Assembly (NCBI RefSeq): GCF_006345805.1
Contig: NC_043026.1
Span: forward strand, 1,054,001-1,118,000
DNA from: Octopus sinensis
Lineage: Eukaryota
DNA length: 64,000 bases
Reading direction: 5' to 3'
Shown: positions 22,520 to 35,659 of the stretch, piece after piece
Position numbering within the stretch: position 1 is the stretch's first letter
How the letters are laid out: every line of letters starts with the position of its first letter
Program-made: the position numbers and the translations under genes
The notes under the pieces: generated by a model
What the model was told of the DNA's origin: nothing
Seen by the model: the letters and a program-made list of their open reading frames with translations, nothing else
Databases searched by the model: none

Positions 22520-23810
22520 TAGGTTAACTTCGAGGCACTTTGATTCCGTATTTGGAACTTCATCAGATTCTGCAATAAGAGCAAGGTCATCAGCATATAG
22601 TAGTTCCCACGGGCATCCAGTTTTGAAGGACTATGATGAATAAGAGTGAATTGAGAACTGAAGCCTGGTGAATCCCTACTTGTACACTAAATTCATCACT
22701 GTATTCATGGCCAACTCTCACCTTAGTGACTGTACTGCTGCACAGGGCTTGAACAAGCTACTCTTAGCTTCCTTAGAGACCACCATATAACAGCAGGGGA
22801 CTTTGTCTAAAGCTTTCTCCAAGTCAAGTAAAGCTATGTAGAATGGCTTACTTTTGAACAGACACTTTTCCTGCAGCTAACTAGGAAGATGGCATCTGTG
22901 ATACTCCTCCCAAGTACAAGACCAAACTGTATCTCATCTAGCTTAATTCTATTCCTAATCAATTGAGTTATAACTCTCTCTGACCTAGTCCAGCAATTTG
23001 ATACCTCTGTAGTTGTTTCTCTCTAAAGCATCACCTTTACCCTTATAGCAACTAACTATAATACTACTACACCAGTTATTGGTGATAACACCTTCCTCTA
23101 GGCTGTATTCCACACTGCCAGTTATTTTAATCATCTCAGCAGTGATACCTGATGGTCCAGGGGCTTTCTCTGTCTTCATATCCTTAATTGCCTTATCTAT
23201 TATACTGCTATCAACTATGATGGCTAGTCCCTCAATTGGTTTGATATTTGACTCTCCTTCTCCCATTCATTTTCCACATTCAACAACCTTTCATAATGGC
23301 ACTTCCATGCATCTGTCTTTTCTGAGTCACCTAGTTTGAGCATACCATTATCTGTTTGCATACATTTCTCAATCACCACATCTCTATTCTCTCTGATACA
23401 CTACTTTGCTATCCTGAACACCTCATGCCTCTGATACTCATGCTGCAGAACATTGGCAAACCTCTTATCTTCAGCTATTCCTTTTGCTATGAAAACCTGC
23501 TGCCTAGCCTCCCTTCCTGATATAATTCTATTTCCACTATTTTTGCAGTCTTTCCAGGCCTGTCTCCTTGCTTTTATAGTGCTGTCCACCTCCTTGTTCC
23601 ACCATGTCACTCTTGGCCTAGCTGGGACTTTGCACCAATCACAGATTTGGTCAGCAGCCCTCAGTAGATTGTCCTACAGGAACTTCCAATTGTCCTCTAA
23701 GCCATATGTCCTTATCTCCTCCTCACTATCATCAAAGGCTTCCATTAGAATGTCTCTAAATTTCTGTCAATTTGTTGGGTCTTTGCGGTCTAGTAACTGC
23801 TGGGTCTAGT
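22520..23810 (-). mobile_element. Older RTE LINE fragment
   Basis: KAPGPSGITAEMIK, NYRGIKLLD, TWWNKEVD motifs on the minus strand. Confidence 0.85.
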
Positions 23811-24361
23811 AATTACAAATTTAGCCTGATATGTTTATATGGGTGTCTGCAACACAGACCTTAAGGTGAAATTGTATAACCACTACTCTAGCTATCAATC
23901 ACAAGCTAAGAATAATTGCATCTCTTTGTCGAAGTAGATTTGGAATTTAAAGCAGGACTCAGTTGATGAAATGGTCTATGTTCAATGTGCAAAAACATAT
24001 ATTGTGGCTACACTAACAGATGTCTTAACTATTATGGAATGTAAGGATAATATAAAGTAGTATAGTGACCTTTTTTTAAAATGTAGATATCGATTAAGCA
24101 AGACTTTAAGATATAAACCACAATTCCTTCTTAATACTTGTCTACTCTCCAAATTGTTTTACCTATATTTCTTCCTTCTTCTCCCTAGCTCCTCAGTTTT
24201 CCTTTTTTTTCTTCCCTACTTTTTCATGCTTCACCCTGATAATTCCCCCTAGATTTTCTAATGTCTAAAATGCTCGGACCTTAAATCACTGTTGCTTTTG
24301 CTAAATATTAATAAAAGTATACTCATATTTTGAGTTCTATTCTTCCTGTTGCATCACTGTA

Positions 24362-24401
<40 letters not shown>

Positions 24402-24892
24402 CACTTCTTTATATTCTTTGCATGGTATTTCTGTAATGTTTGTGTGTATATTTTCTTTGGTTTTCTTTTCTTTATTTTTTGTATGCACCTGTTTTTATAC
24501 TAATACACTTTTATGTACATTGATGTATTCTATTTATATGTTTAGACACTTTTTTATATTTTCCAAAATTCTATGTTTAGATTTCTGTAATATGCAACAG
24601 GCTTTATTAGTATTTGCAACTGTTGTAAGCATGACATTGTAAACTATTTATCTTAACAGTTACACCTAATAGTGTACTTTTTTTTAATTTATTGTTGCCT
24701 TTGGTAAACAGACTTCCTTAAACACAGCTCTTTCATCCTGTTGCTTGTCTACTGATGATAAATTTTATTGGTCATTTGACATACTTGTTTTTACCTACTA
24801 TTCTCCTCTGGCTAAAACAGAAAATTCTTCACTGCTGTCCTTGCAACAATGACTTACAACTACAGGTAATTCAACCTGAAGATAAACTAAGC

Positions 24893-25274
24893 TATTTCAT
24901 TTCATTTCATTTCATTTGAGTTTGAGTCCATGCTCAGGCCAAGTCGAAGACTCCACCCTCAGAGTCTGGTGTGGTTGCCAGGTTGTATTCTCTGTTTAAT
25001 TTTGACATGTGTAGGAGCGAGTTTGAGTCAGTTTGTGCTCGTTGTGTATCTCCTGGGAGATGGGGTTCATCTCTAATGGTGCTTAAGTATCTATCCAGCT
25101 GCAATTTGAATGATTCCACACTGCATCCTGATAGATTTCTGACATGTACCGGAATGGAGTTGAATAGTTGTGCTCCTCGAACCAACAGACTTGATTCTCG
25201 CAGGGTTTTTGCTGCCTGGCCAGCCTTTTTGTTGATTGGTGGTAGCTGGCAGCGTCTTCCGTGGCACAGTGAGT

Positions 25275-25275
<1 letters not shown>
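24893..25275 (-). mobile_element. CR1/L2-group LINE 3' end with (ATGAA)n tail
   Basis: GAQLFNSIP.HVRN..G....FKLQLDRYL..IRDEP..NSL is a typical CR1-type ORF2 C-terminus; tandem TTTCA tail on the plus strand. Confidence 0.75.
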
Positions 25276-25350
<75 letters not shown>

Positions 25351-25699
25351 ATAACAATAATGATTTTATAAATGAAAAGTGATTCCAAACCAAGTGATGA
25401 TGATGATGAATGTGTGTAACAAAATCAGCACTGCTAAGTCATATGATAATGTACAAAGTGTTCCGACGAACACTTTATGTTCATCACAGACCTCAGCAAA
25501 AGACCATACTGGTTATGGTCCTGCTAGAAGCAATAGAGGCAACACCTCCTTGTCCCCTCCAATGTGTGTGTGTGTTTGGAAATTTGACCCAAAAGTCCAG
25601 TGTAGAAGCTGTGAAACATTCAAGAGCTCACCAGCTGGCCTTATTACTCCAAAGAGATTAATAAGTTAATAAAGCTAGCAAATTATCATTAGCCACAAT

Positions 25700-28440
25700 G
25701 AATTACAAGACCAAATCAAATCTTTACCTGATTCAGTTATCTTCGAAAAAAGACAGAAACTTTAAAAGAATTCATTAAGAATAATAATTAATGGCAAAAA
25801 CTGACTGGAAAATTTAAAACAACAAATAAATTGAAACTATTTAAAGCCCCATTGTAAAGATAAACATTAATAGCAAACTAAACAATCTGATCTCAAATTT
25901 AAAAAATTCCACCCCAGACCAAAACGTATAACAATTTAATTACACTGACTGGCAGAATCAGACAAATTGCATTGAGGTGTTTAGATACCAGTGTTTGATC
26001 TGAGTTTAAATCATGCCAAAGTTAGTTTTGCAATTCATTTTCCCAAAATCAATAAAATAAAAATCAAATGAAGAACTAGGGTTCGTTTAATGAATTAAAC
26101 TCACTCCACAAATTCCATGGCCTTGTGCTAATTGTCCTGTACATTTTCCATGTGACCAAAACAACACTACTAAACAACAAGAATGAAAGAAAAATACTAC
26201 AGAAATATAAAATAACAAGACAAGCTGTACACGAAACAAAAGAACATCTAAAGCAAGACATCCTTGCTTAAGCACAAAGAATCCATTGCTATGAAAAACA
26301 TGACTCTTTGAACAAAACATGACTCTTTGAACTTCAATCTAAAACGATTCAACCAAGAACTCAGTAAAAGTAATAGATTAATGCAGCACCAGCAGAAGTA
26401 GAAGAATTTTGGGAAGAAGTATAGGCAGTGAAGGAATTATCCAAGAAAATATTGAAACAACAAACACAGTACCTGAACAATTGTGGACACCCATGACAAC
26501 GAAAGAGGTGACCCAGGTAGTGCAAAAATCAAATAACTGAAGGTATCAAGACATGATAATATTCCTGACTTCTGGCTAAAATATTTAACAGGGACACATA
26601 AGTTGCTAGTAGAGAAGTTTAATGAGATGCTAACGGAGCCAGAGAAACCTGAATGGCTTACAAAAAGGAAAACCATCCTAATTCCCAAATTTGCCAAAAC
26701 TACAAACCAACATAACTGCAGACCTGTAACATATCTCCCTACAAATTACAAGGCCTTAACTGCAATAATATTGCGAGGAATGGGCAAACATCTAGAAGGA
26801 AACAACCTGTTTCTATAAGAGAAGGGATGCTGCTAAGCTCACATGTTGGTAAGATCAGTTATAACTGAAAACAGCTGAAAGAAAGAGGTCTAAGCATGGC
26901 TTGGATTGATTACCAAAAGGCTTTTGACAGCACCCTCACAGATGGAGCCTTAAAAGACTAATCATGAGCAAAGTAGCACCAACAGTGATAAAATTTATAA
27001 AACATATCATAATTAAGAATAACAATATCATATTGGATAAAGAAAATGAAATAAGAAAAGTAGACCAAACTCAGACATACAAATACTTAGGAATCAATGA
27101 ACTACATACAGTACAACACATACAAATGAAAGAAAAAATAAGGAATATTATAGATGAATTAGATTAATACTGAAAACAGAGCTCTAGCTGTCGCAGTTAT
27201 GAGTTACAGTTAGAATATTCTTAGCTGGACACTAAATGAACTAGCCAAACCAGGCAGGAAAACAAGAAAAGTAATGACAGAATTTGGAAGAATACATCAC
27301 CCAAAATTTGGCATAGAAATGTTATACAAAAACTGAAGGTGGTAGAACTAGAAAACAACTATAAAATAACCACTATAAGATTACAGAAATATATAACTCA
27401 GAACCAAGGAAAATTAGTACAAAGAGCCTCAAAAAAACTTGTTTTCTGGCTTTGAGGAAGATGAAAAATACAAGAAAAAGAGGTTATAGTACTTGACAAC
27501 TATGAAGAAAAAGAAGAAACATCAAATGCTGTAAAGCAACTAAAACCGAAGCTAAACCTGGAACTATACGATATCATGGTAAAAAGATAGCAAGAAAACC
27601 CCTTACATGACAAATACTGGGATAAGCTAAACAGAAAAGAAAAATCCCAACACTGGTTGAGGAGGAGTTCAGGTCTCAAAGCAGAGACTGAAAAGTTTTT
27701 TATTGTGGCACAAGATCAAAGACTTCCCACCAGAAACCATCAAAAATACATAATGAAGGAAAATACAATAAGTAACAGCAGAATATAGGGGGAGAGAGAA
27801 GAAACAATATTGCTTCTGCTGCCCAGTCCTAACCAAGAATGAATACATCTACAGATATGACAAAGTTGGGATTTATATAGACTGGAAGCTATGCCAACTC
27901 TATGGCATAGACAACAGGAAAAATATGGCATAGGCATACCCCAGAAAAGGTCTCAGAAAATGACAAATCAACCATACTCTGGGATATGCCAATATACACA
28001 GATAGAAAAATTAAGGTAATAGGCCAGATATTGTTGTCAGGGACCAATAAGTAAAAAAATAAAAGAAGCCTTCTAATCAACATATGAGTCACAAAAAATG
28101 ACAATGTATCTCCAAAAGAAAAGGAGAAAGCCTTGAAATACAAAAATCTAGCAATAGAGATGACTTGAATGTGGGGCCTGAACACAGAAATGATTCATAC
28201 AAAAATAGATGCATACGGCATGGCAGGGTTAAAAAACATACAAACAAATACACAACTAAAACAGCAGGACTTATGAATATATATATAACATAGAGAAAAT
28301 AGCACTACTAGGCACTGCACACGTTCTATGTAAAGCACTTTGAATACAGTAACAATAACAATACTAAAACAAAGTACAGCACATAGCCAAGGCACACTGA
28401 GCTGCACTTGGTAGGGCAGGGAAAGCATGGAATAAAATTA
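25700..28440 (+). mobile_element. Decayed Dong/R4-clade LINE (RT + restriction-like endonuclease)
   Basis: PEWLT..KTILIPK, RPVTYLPT.YK, AWIDYQKAFDS, YKYLGI, ETE.F..AQDQ, ILWD..I.TD, NRPDIVV, KY..L..E motifs across frameshifts. Confidence 0.8.
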
Positions 28441-28696
28441 AAACTAAATAATCGGTTAATAATGATGGTTTCTTTTATTTACCACAGAGGCATAAGATGA
28501 GGAGAACATTACAAGGAGAGTTTTACAATTTACATGGGGGTTTAATAATGGTGTCTGATTTAGGTACAAGGCCAGCAATTTTGAGAGGAGGTAGCAATCA
28601 ATACCATCAAATTCATTACTTCACTCATACTTCCTCAACTCCAAAGGGATGAAAGGCAGAGTTGACATATACATGCACTTAAGAGTTTTCATCAAC

Positions 28697-30560
28697 TAAA
28701 GGCAATTACAAGCATGAAAACAGGGAAAGCCCCAGGCCCATCAGCTATTACTGCAGAGATGCTCAAAATATCTGGCAGTGTCGGCTATAGCCCAGTCACC
28801 CGTATAGTTAACCAGGTGATACACGAAGGAGTCATACCCAATGACTGGTGTAGCATCATAATAGTCAACTGCTACAAAGGTAAAGGTGACGCCCTAGATA
28901 CAAATAACTACAGGGGTATCAAGCTGTTGGATCAGGTAATGAAGGTTACGGAGGGGGTCATAGCCCAATTAATTAGAGAGAGAGTTAGCTTAGATGAGAT
29001 GCAGTTTGGGTTCGTGCCAGTGAAAAGTACTACTGATGCTATATTCCTGGTAAGACAGCTGCAGAAGAAATACCTAGCCAAAGATAAGCCCCTGTACCTG
29101 GCTTTTGTTGGCATGGAGAAAGCCTTTGACAGGGTCCCCCGATCCCTTATCTGGTGGTCAATGAGGAAACTAGGGATAGATGAATGGTTAGTGAGAGCTG
29201 TGCGAGCCATGTACAGAGACGCTGCTAGTAAGGTGAGGGTTGGCAACGAGTACAGTGAAGAATTCCGGGTAGAGGTTGGGGTCCACTAAGGTTCAGTCCT
29301 CAGTCCCCTCCTATTTATCATAGTCCTCCAGGCAATAACGGAGGAATTCAAGACAGGATGCCCCTGGGAGCTCCTCTATGCTGATGACCTTGCTCTAATT
29401 GCTGAGTCACTATCAGAACTGGAGAAGTTTTAGGTGTGGAAACAAGGATTAGAATCGAAGGGCCTTAGAATCAACCTAGCCAAAACCAAAGTCCTAAGTA
29501 GGAAGGTGGACCAATCACAAACGACTTCAGGTAGATGGCCCTGCTCGATCTGTAAAAAAGGTGTAGGTAGAAACTCTATAAGGTGCACCAAGTGTAAGCT
29601 ATGGACATATAAGAGGTGCAGCAAGGTCAAAGGAAGGCTAACTAGGAAAATAGTTTTTGTCTGTGGCAGATGCTCAGGAGCAATAAACACTGGAAATGTG
29701 CAGAGACCAACTTCTACCACGTTCCAGGGAGACAAACTAGAAGTAGTTGATAGCTTCCGCTACCTAGGTGACCAAGTCAGTAGCGGGGGTGGATGTGCTG
29801 AAAGTGTAACTGCTAGAGTAAGAATAGCCTGGGCAAAGTTTAGAGAGCTCTTACCCCTGCTGGTGACAAAAGGCCTCTCACTCAGAGTAAAAGGCAGACT
29901 GTATGATGCATGTGTACATACAGCCATGCTACATGGTAGTGAAACATGGACTGTGACTGCTGAGGATATGCGTAAGCTCGCAAGAAATGAAGACAGTATG
30001 CTCCGATGGATGTGTAATGTCAGTGTTCATAATCGACAGAGTGTAAGTACCTTGAGAGAAAAGTTGAACCTAAGAAGCATCAGTTGTGGTGTGCAAGAGA
30101 GACGTCTGCGCTGGTATGGTCATGTGACGAGAATGGCTGAAGATAGTTGTGTGCAAAAGTGCTACACCCTAGCAGTTGAGGGAACCTGTGGAAGAGGTAG
30201 ACCCAGGAAAACCTGGGACGAGGTGGTGAAGCACGACCTTCGAACTTTAGGTCTCACCAAGGAAATGACTAGAGACCGAGACCTATGGAAGTATGCTGTG
30301 CGTGAGAAGACCCGGCAAGACTAGTGAGGCCATAACCCGTGGCCTCTACCTGGTATGTAGCCAGTCGACTTATACATACCTTTCCTTCTTGGGACACAAA
30401 ACTCCACTTGTGAAGACCCGTTGAGGCAAGTGAAAATCAACAAATCAAAAAAGTCAAAAAATAAAAAAATCAAAATCAAAATCAAATCAGATATCAGAAA
30501 GCAGAACCAAAATCGAAGTCTATCAACATCAATGGAAATTGCGGCTGTGATACCAGTGCT
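28697..30560 (+). mobile_element. 5'-truncated RTE LINE with RT (QG/YADD region), PHD-like insert and partial 3' UTR
   Basis: ORFs 28714-29289 and 29434-30324 are separated by in-frame stops; LLYADDLALI is present between them; high similarity to the 10848 copy. Confidence 0.93.
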
Positions 30561-30561
30561 G

Positions 30562-30760
30562 GGTAATCGTTAGCATGGTGAGCAAAACACTTAGCAGCAT
30601 TTCATCTATCTTTACATCTTTAATTCAAGTTCTGCCAAGGTTGACTTTGTTTTCATCATTTGGGGTTGATAAAATAAGTACCAGCTGAGCACTGGGGTTG
30701 ATATAATCAACTGATCCCTTCTCCTGAAACTGCTAACCTGTGTCAAAATTTGAAACCAAT
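30562..30760 (+). mobile_element. Diverged SINE with the GACTTTG..TTTCATC..GGGGTTGATAAAATAAGTACCAG domain
   Basis: Homologous to the reverse complement of 3570-3690. Confidence 0.65.
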
Positions 30761-31489
30761 ATCAAGAAAAATTTAACGACTCAATTATCAACACTCATTA
30801 TTATAATCATCATTTAAAGTTCATACTCTATGCTGGCATAGGTTGGACAGTTTGACAGGATCTGATGGGTCCAAGGACTGCATCATGCTGCTTTGCTCTA
30901 GATTCTACACATGGGTACCCTTCATAATACTTTACAGCTTCATTCAGGTTGTTTTGAAACACCTATTTGATAATATCAGTTATTTTAACTAAATTCTTCA
31001 TCATTTTCAAAAGAAAATTATTTGAAACAAAAGCAGTGTATTGCATTAGAAATATAGCAACAAAAGGGGTTAAAAGGGGAACTCATGCACTCCATGAAAA
31101 AAACCCAAAAAAACTCCAATACAGCAGCCTTAAAAATCATGTTGAAAAATCAATGTTTAGTAAATAAACACTTGATTCAAGGGAGTTATCAGAGCTCAAT
31201 TTTTATATAGTAGCTGGGTATAAGGAGATACTAGTAATGCTTATCTTCAGATTACTCTTTTGCTCTTTTACTTGTTTCAGTCATTTGACTGCAGCCATGC
31301 TGGAGCACTGCCTTTAGTCGAAGAAACTGACCCCAGGACTTATTTTTTGTACTTATTCTATCGGTCTCTTTTGCCGAACCACTGACGGGGACATAAACAC
31401 ACCAGCAAGCGATGTTGGGGGACAAACACAGACATATACACATATATAAATAAATAAATAAATATATATATATATATATATATACACGT

Positions 31490-31793
31490 GGAGGCACAAT
31501 GGCCCAGTGGTTAGGGCAGCGGACTCACGGTCGTAGGATCGCAGTTTTGATTCCCAGACAGGGTGTTGTGAGTGTTTATTGATTGAAAACACCTAAAAGC
31601 TCCACGACACTCCGGCAGGGGGTGGTGATCCCTGCTGTACCCTTTCACCATTCTTTCTCCCACTCTTTCTTCTGTTGGCCTGCTCGCTTAGCCAGCGGGG
31701 TGGCGTCATTCGAAGGCTAAAACAATGTGAACGCATTGTGACCAGCGATGTGTAACAACATCTGATGGTCTGGTCGGTCACATGATCACATGA
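31490..31793 (+). mobile_element. tRNA-headed SINE family B
   Basis: A box TGGCCCAGTGG, B-box-like GTTTTGATTCC, (TCACATGA)2 tail; inserted in the (TA)n of the host SINE. Confidence 0.75.
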
Positions 31794-31850
31794 TATATAT
31801 ACACACATATATGATGGGCTTCTTTCAGTTTCTGTCTACCAAATCCACTC

Positions 31851-33318
31851 ATCATCATCATCATCATCATTGTTCAACCGTGGTCGAGACAATGGAATTT
31901 ACCATGCTACACCAGACTTCACGGTCCATCATGGCATTACGGAGGTCCTGTTGCTGGATGCTTGTATCCCTGGAGATTACATCAGGGTAGGAGAGTGTGC
32001 GCCCTCTGGTATTGCAAGTAGATGGCTTCCAGAGGAGAAGAGTAGAAATTACTTCTTCTTCAGCTCTACAACAATGTCCAACCAACTGGACTCTCCTACC
32101 TTTCACAAGAGATGACACAGGTGGTAGTTTCCCATATATTTGTATTTTGGTTGGATGGCGCTTCCACGAGAGATTTTGAGCTCTCATAAGGAGGCGAGTG
32201 TAGGTTCCATCCAACCGCCTCTCAAGCTTCTTTGATAACATCCAGGTTTCTGAGCCATATAATAGAACTGGTTCAGCTGTGGCTTTGAAGATTTCAAGTT
32301 TGAAGTCTCTACTTAGATTTGATGACCAGATCTTATGCATGTCATTACAGGCTGACCAGGCCATACCCTTTCTAGTTAGAAAATCTTTTTCAGATGATGA
32401 TATGTATGACCCAAGATATTTGTAATCAGAAACCATATTTAAGGGCGCATTGTTGAGAGTATGGATGATGCAATCACTGTTAGACAGGCACTTGTTTATA
32501 TATTCAGTCTTGGCCTCATTGAGGTAAAGACCTACACAATTTGAGGCTTGTTCGAGAGATTGTAAAAGAGACTGGGCATTGGAGAGAGAATCACTGATAA
32601 GAGCGATGTCATCAGCAAAGTCAGTGTCTGTCAAGTATTCAGCTGGGTGTCTGGAACTTCTTCTTGGTTTTATTTCAAAGCCCTTGCCAGAGATGGTATC
32701 AACTGACATACGTAGCACATAGTCAACAACAATGATGAAAAGAAATGGGGCGAGTGTGTCTCCCTGCAGTATTCTGGCTTTGATTGAGAAAGATGATGTT
32801 TCTCCGTCAGGGGTTAAGATGGTTGAAGACGTATCTGTGTAGAGGACCTTGATGGCAGAAATGATTTTGTCTGGTATCCCATAGAGCTTAAGGATTTCAA
32901 ACATCTTGTACCTATCTACAGAATCAAACGCTTTAGAAAAGTCTACAAATACCATTGCAAGATCGCGATTAAATGCTTTTGATTCTTCAATAAGTCTGCG
33001 TAGGCATAGTATCTGGCTCAGCGTTGAGCGCCCATGTCTGAATCCATTTTAGTTCTTTCGGAGCAAAGGTTCAACAAAAAGGACAAGACGATTTAGAATC
33101 AGTTTGTTGTACAGTTTTGCAGCAATTGACATTAGAGATATACCCCTGTAGTTGGTGACGAGGGATAAATCGCCTTTTTGGGGTATTGAGATGATCTGAG
33201 ATTGGTGCCAAATCTTTGGAGCGACAAAGGTGGAAAGTGAGTGGTTGCAAAGGTTGAGCAAAAGTGTGTGAAATCTATCATCCTTCCAAATTATAGCTGG
33301 GATGTTGTCGGGACCAAC
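31851..33318 (-). mobile_element. 5'-truncated RTE-clade LINE (third family), largely intact RT
   Basis: 362-aa ORF with FVDFSKAFDS, LQGDTLAP, DFADDIAL, YKYLGS; the stop is followed directly by a (GAT)n tail. Confidence 0.9.
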
Positions 33319-34529
33319 ACAAGGTTTTGGTTGACCCGAAGCTATAGTAGAAGACACTTGCCTAAGGTGCCACGGAGTGGGACTGAACCTGGAACCATGT
33401 GGTTGGTAAGCAAGCTACTTACCACACAGCCACTCCTGTGCCTATAGGTTATTGAAAAATGTTGTAGTCAAATTGCAAAAATTACATGAGGCTGTTGAAA
33501 AGTACATATACCAAAATAGCTATTTTTTTATAAAGCCAAATTAACTTCTCATTTAATAACAGAAGAATAGAAAGAAGTGTTAAGTGGTAACCACTTGATT
33601 TAAACAAACAAAAAAAGTGTGATATGATATTTAACAACTTTCTTTAGAAAAAAAAATCTTTAATTAATTAGATTTTAAAAAATCAAAAACGAGCAACATC
33701 AATAGTCAATCAATCAGATTGATTAAGATCTGGGTCAGTTATATAGATGGGTCAAATTCAAACAATGGAGTATGATGCGAAGTATTTGGAATTTTCAACA
33801 TACTAATAAAAAAATACCAGAATATCAGCTTTAAATTACATGAATATACAGTAGGTGATTGAAGTGTTGGTGAGGAATAATATCATTAGAGTCTGCTTAA
33901 GAAATACTATCATACTATAAGGAAGAATTGTTTCTCGTATTATTTTTATTCTTCTTGGATTGGTAATTTATCTAAACTATGAATATTTCAATCAAGAAAA
34001 AAAACTGATGTTAAAAGCACTGAAAGTATGCTGTTAAAAATAGATAATTATTTATTTGAAAATAATAAAGCAATAAAAATTATATAGATACTAGGCCATA
34101 AGAGATATGGGAAGCAAAGAAACAAGAAAGTAGGTGAATTGGAAAAAAAATTGAGTGCATATTGAAATAAAATATAGATTACATGCAAACTATTGTGGTT
34201 CATAGAAATGTTGATTTTATGATCCATTTTGAATGCTGCATTTTAAATCACCCCCCCTCTTCTCTCCTTCTCTCTCCTGGCCCCAACCACTCCACTCTCA
34301 CACTCTATAGCCTACTAATTTCATAGATATTTTACTTCCTTGTTTCTCTCACTCTCTAGGATAACATCCATAAGAGAAGAATTTCTGTATCTGTGCTACC
34401 AATTTATCAATTTTTCAATAAATCAAGTTATTTCAATATTACACTTTGCCCTAGGCACTTGCTTTGTAGTTTATTTGTACTATAAAATTCAAACAAACAA
34501 AACACATATGGGGTATTAAAAGAAAAAAA

Positions 34530-34700
34530 ACAGCAGTATGAGGTGCAGTCTTTGTTCAGCAGAAAAAAGAATTATATTGAAGAATTTCCTCCACCTAGGA
34601 GGTTACTGGAACTCTAAAGGCAAGGTATTTTCCTCTTGTCCTCACAAATGGAAATATCAGCCAACTGGTAGGGTACACCCTAAGAGCAAGAGCTGGTTCT
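34530..34700 (+). mobile_element. Penelope-like element C-terminal fragment
   Basis: RCSLCSAEKRII...NSK...SCPHKWKY fits the PLE CxLCxxEK..LN.R.E..CxH motif. Confidence 0.6.
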
Positions 34701-34885
34701 TCCTCCATAAGGAGTTCGCCTCTCTTAGCACTTGTGCACATCCACACATATATGCAACCACATATGCCCTTCAAAAAAAAAAAAACCCCTTCCCACTCCT
34801 ATCCTTCACTTTTCTTACACTCTCTATCTTACTATTCTCGACTGACCTTCACCTCACCTCCTGGTCATCCCACTATCACATATAC

Positions 34886-35095
34886 ATTAGGTCGTCAAGT
34901 ATGAAATTTGTAGAAAAGAAAAAAAGTTTGCTAATGTTTTATAAATACAAGGAATAGTTTTATTCATTAAAAGTATGCACAGATATTGTCAATACACTTT
35001 TGTCATTTCAGTGGTAGCTTCTCCAGCTCAGAACTGTAAAAGCCTGGCAATCTAGAGTCAATAAAATCTTGGAAGGCCTCTCACATATTTTATAT
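34886..35095 (-). mobile_element. Mariner 3' end with TIR
   Basis: EAFQDFIDSR.PGFY...EKLP..*QKCID...AYF* followed by the TIR ATTAGGTCGTCAAGTATGAAA on the plus strand. Confidence 0.75.
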
Positions 35096-35300
35096 GTAAG
35101 TCCGCTTACTGGGATCCTTTGACATCACCTCTCCCTCATATACAATGGTCTCAGTGTTGCTTTGGCCATTAAGTGGCTATGTGCTGTGAATTTTTCTCGG
35201 TTCTTTAATCCAAATGAGGGGCTTGTTAAAGAAAGCAACCCTTGAAAATGTTTACAAGCATATAATTTGACTGAACAGAAACAACCTGAGAAGTAACTCT
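35096..35300 (-). mobile_element. Penelope-like GIY-YIG fragment
   Basis: LNGQSNTETIVYEGEVMSK; inverted homologue of 35880-35950. Confidence 0.6.
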
Positions 35301-35659
35301 TTAGATAGGTCATAGTTTTTATATTTATCCATTTTATCACCTGAAGGGTCATAGCATATACCATGTGTGTGTATGGACAAACAATCACCTCATACCAAGT
35401 AATCAGTGATATTAATCAACGTGTCAATGTATAAGCATGGCTGTGTAGTTAAGACATTTGTTTCTTAACTACGCAATGGTTTTGAGTTCAATCCCACTGC
35501 ACAGCACTTTTGGCATGGGTCTTCTACAATAGAACCAAAGCCCTTTGTATGTATATGTGTGTGTGTGTGTGTGTGTATTTGTTCACATTTGCACTTCTCC
35601 GAGAATCATTGAGCTTTAAGTGGTGATTTCCTCTGTCAACAAATCACCTGCTGGTTTGG

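Larger units (their letters stand above)
31253..33443 (-). mobile_element. SINE family A split by two nested insertions
   Basis: Segments 31253-31489, 31794-31850 and 33319-33443 rejoin into one family A copy. Confidence 0.85.

Noticed and set aside
24750-24800. CTGATGA motif
   Set aside because: No downstream GAAA or pairing stems.
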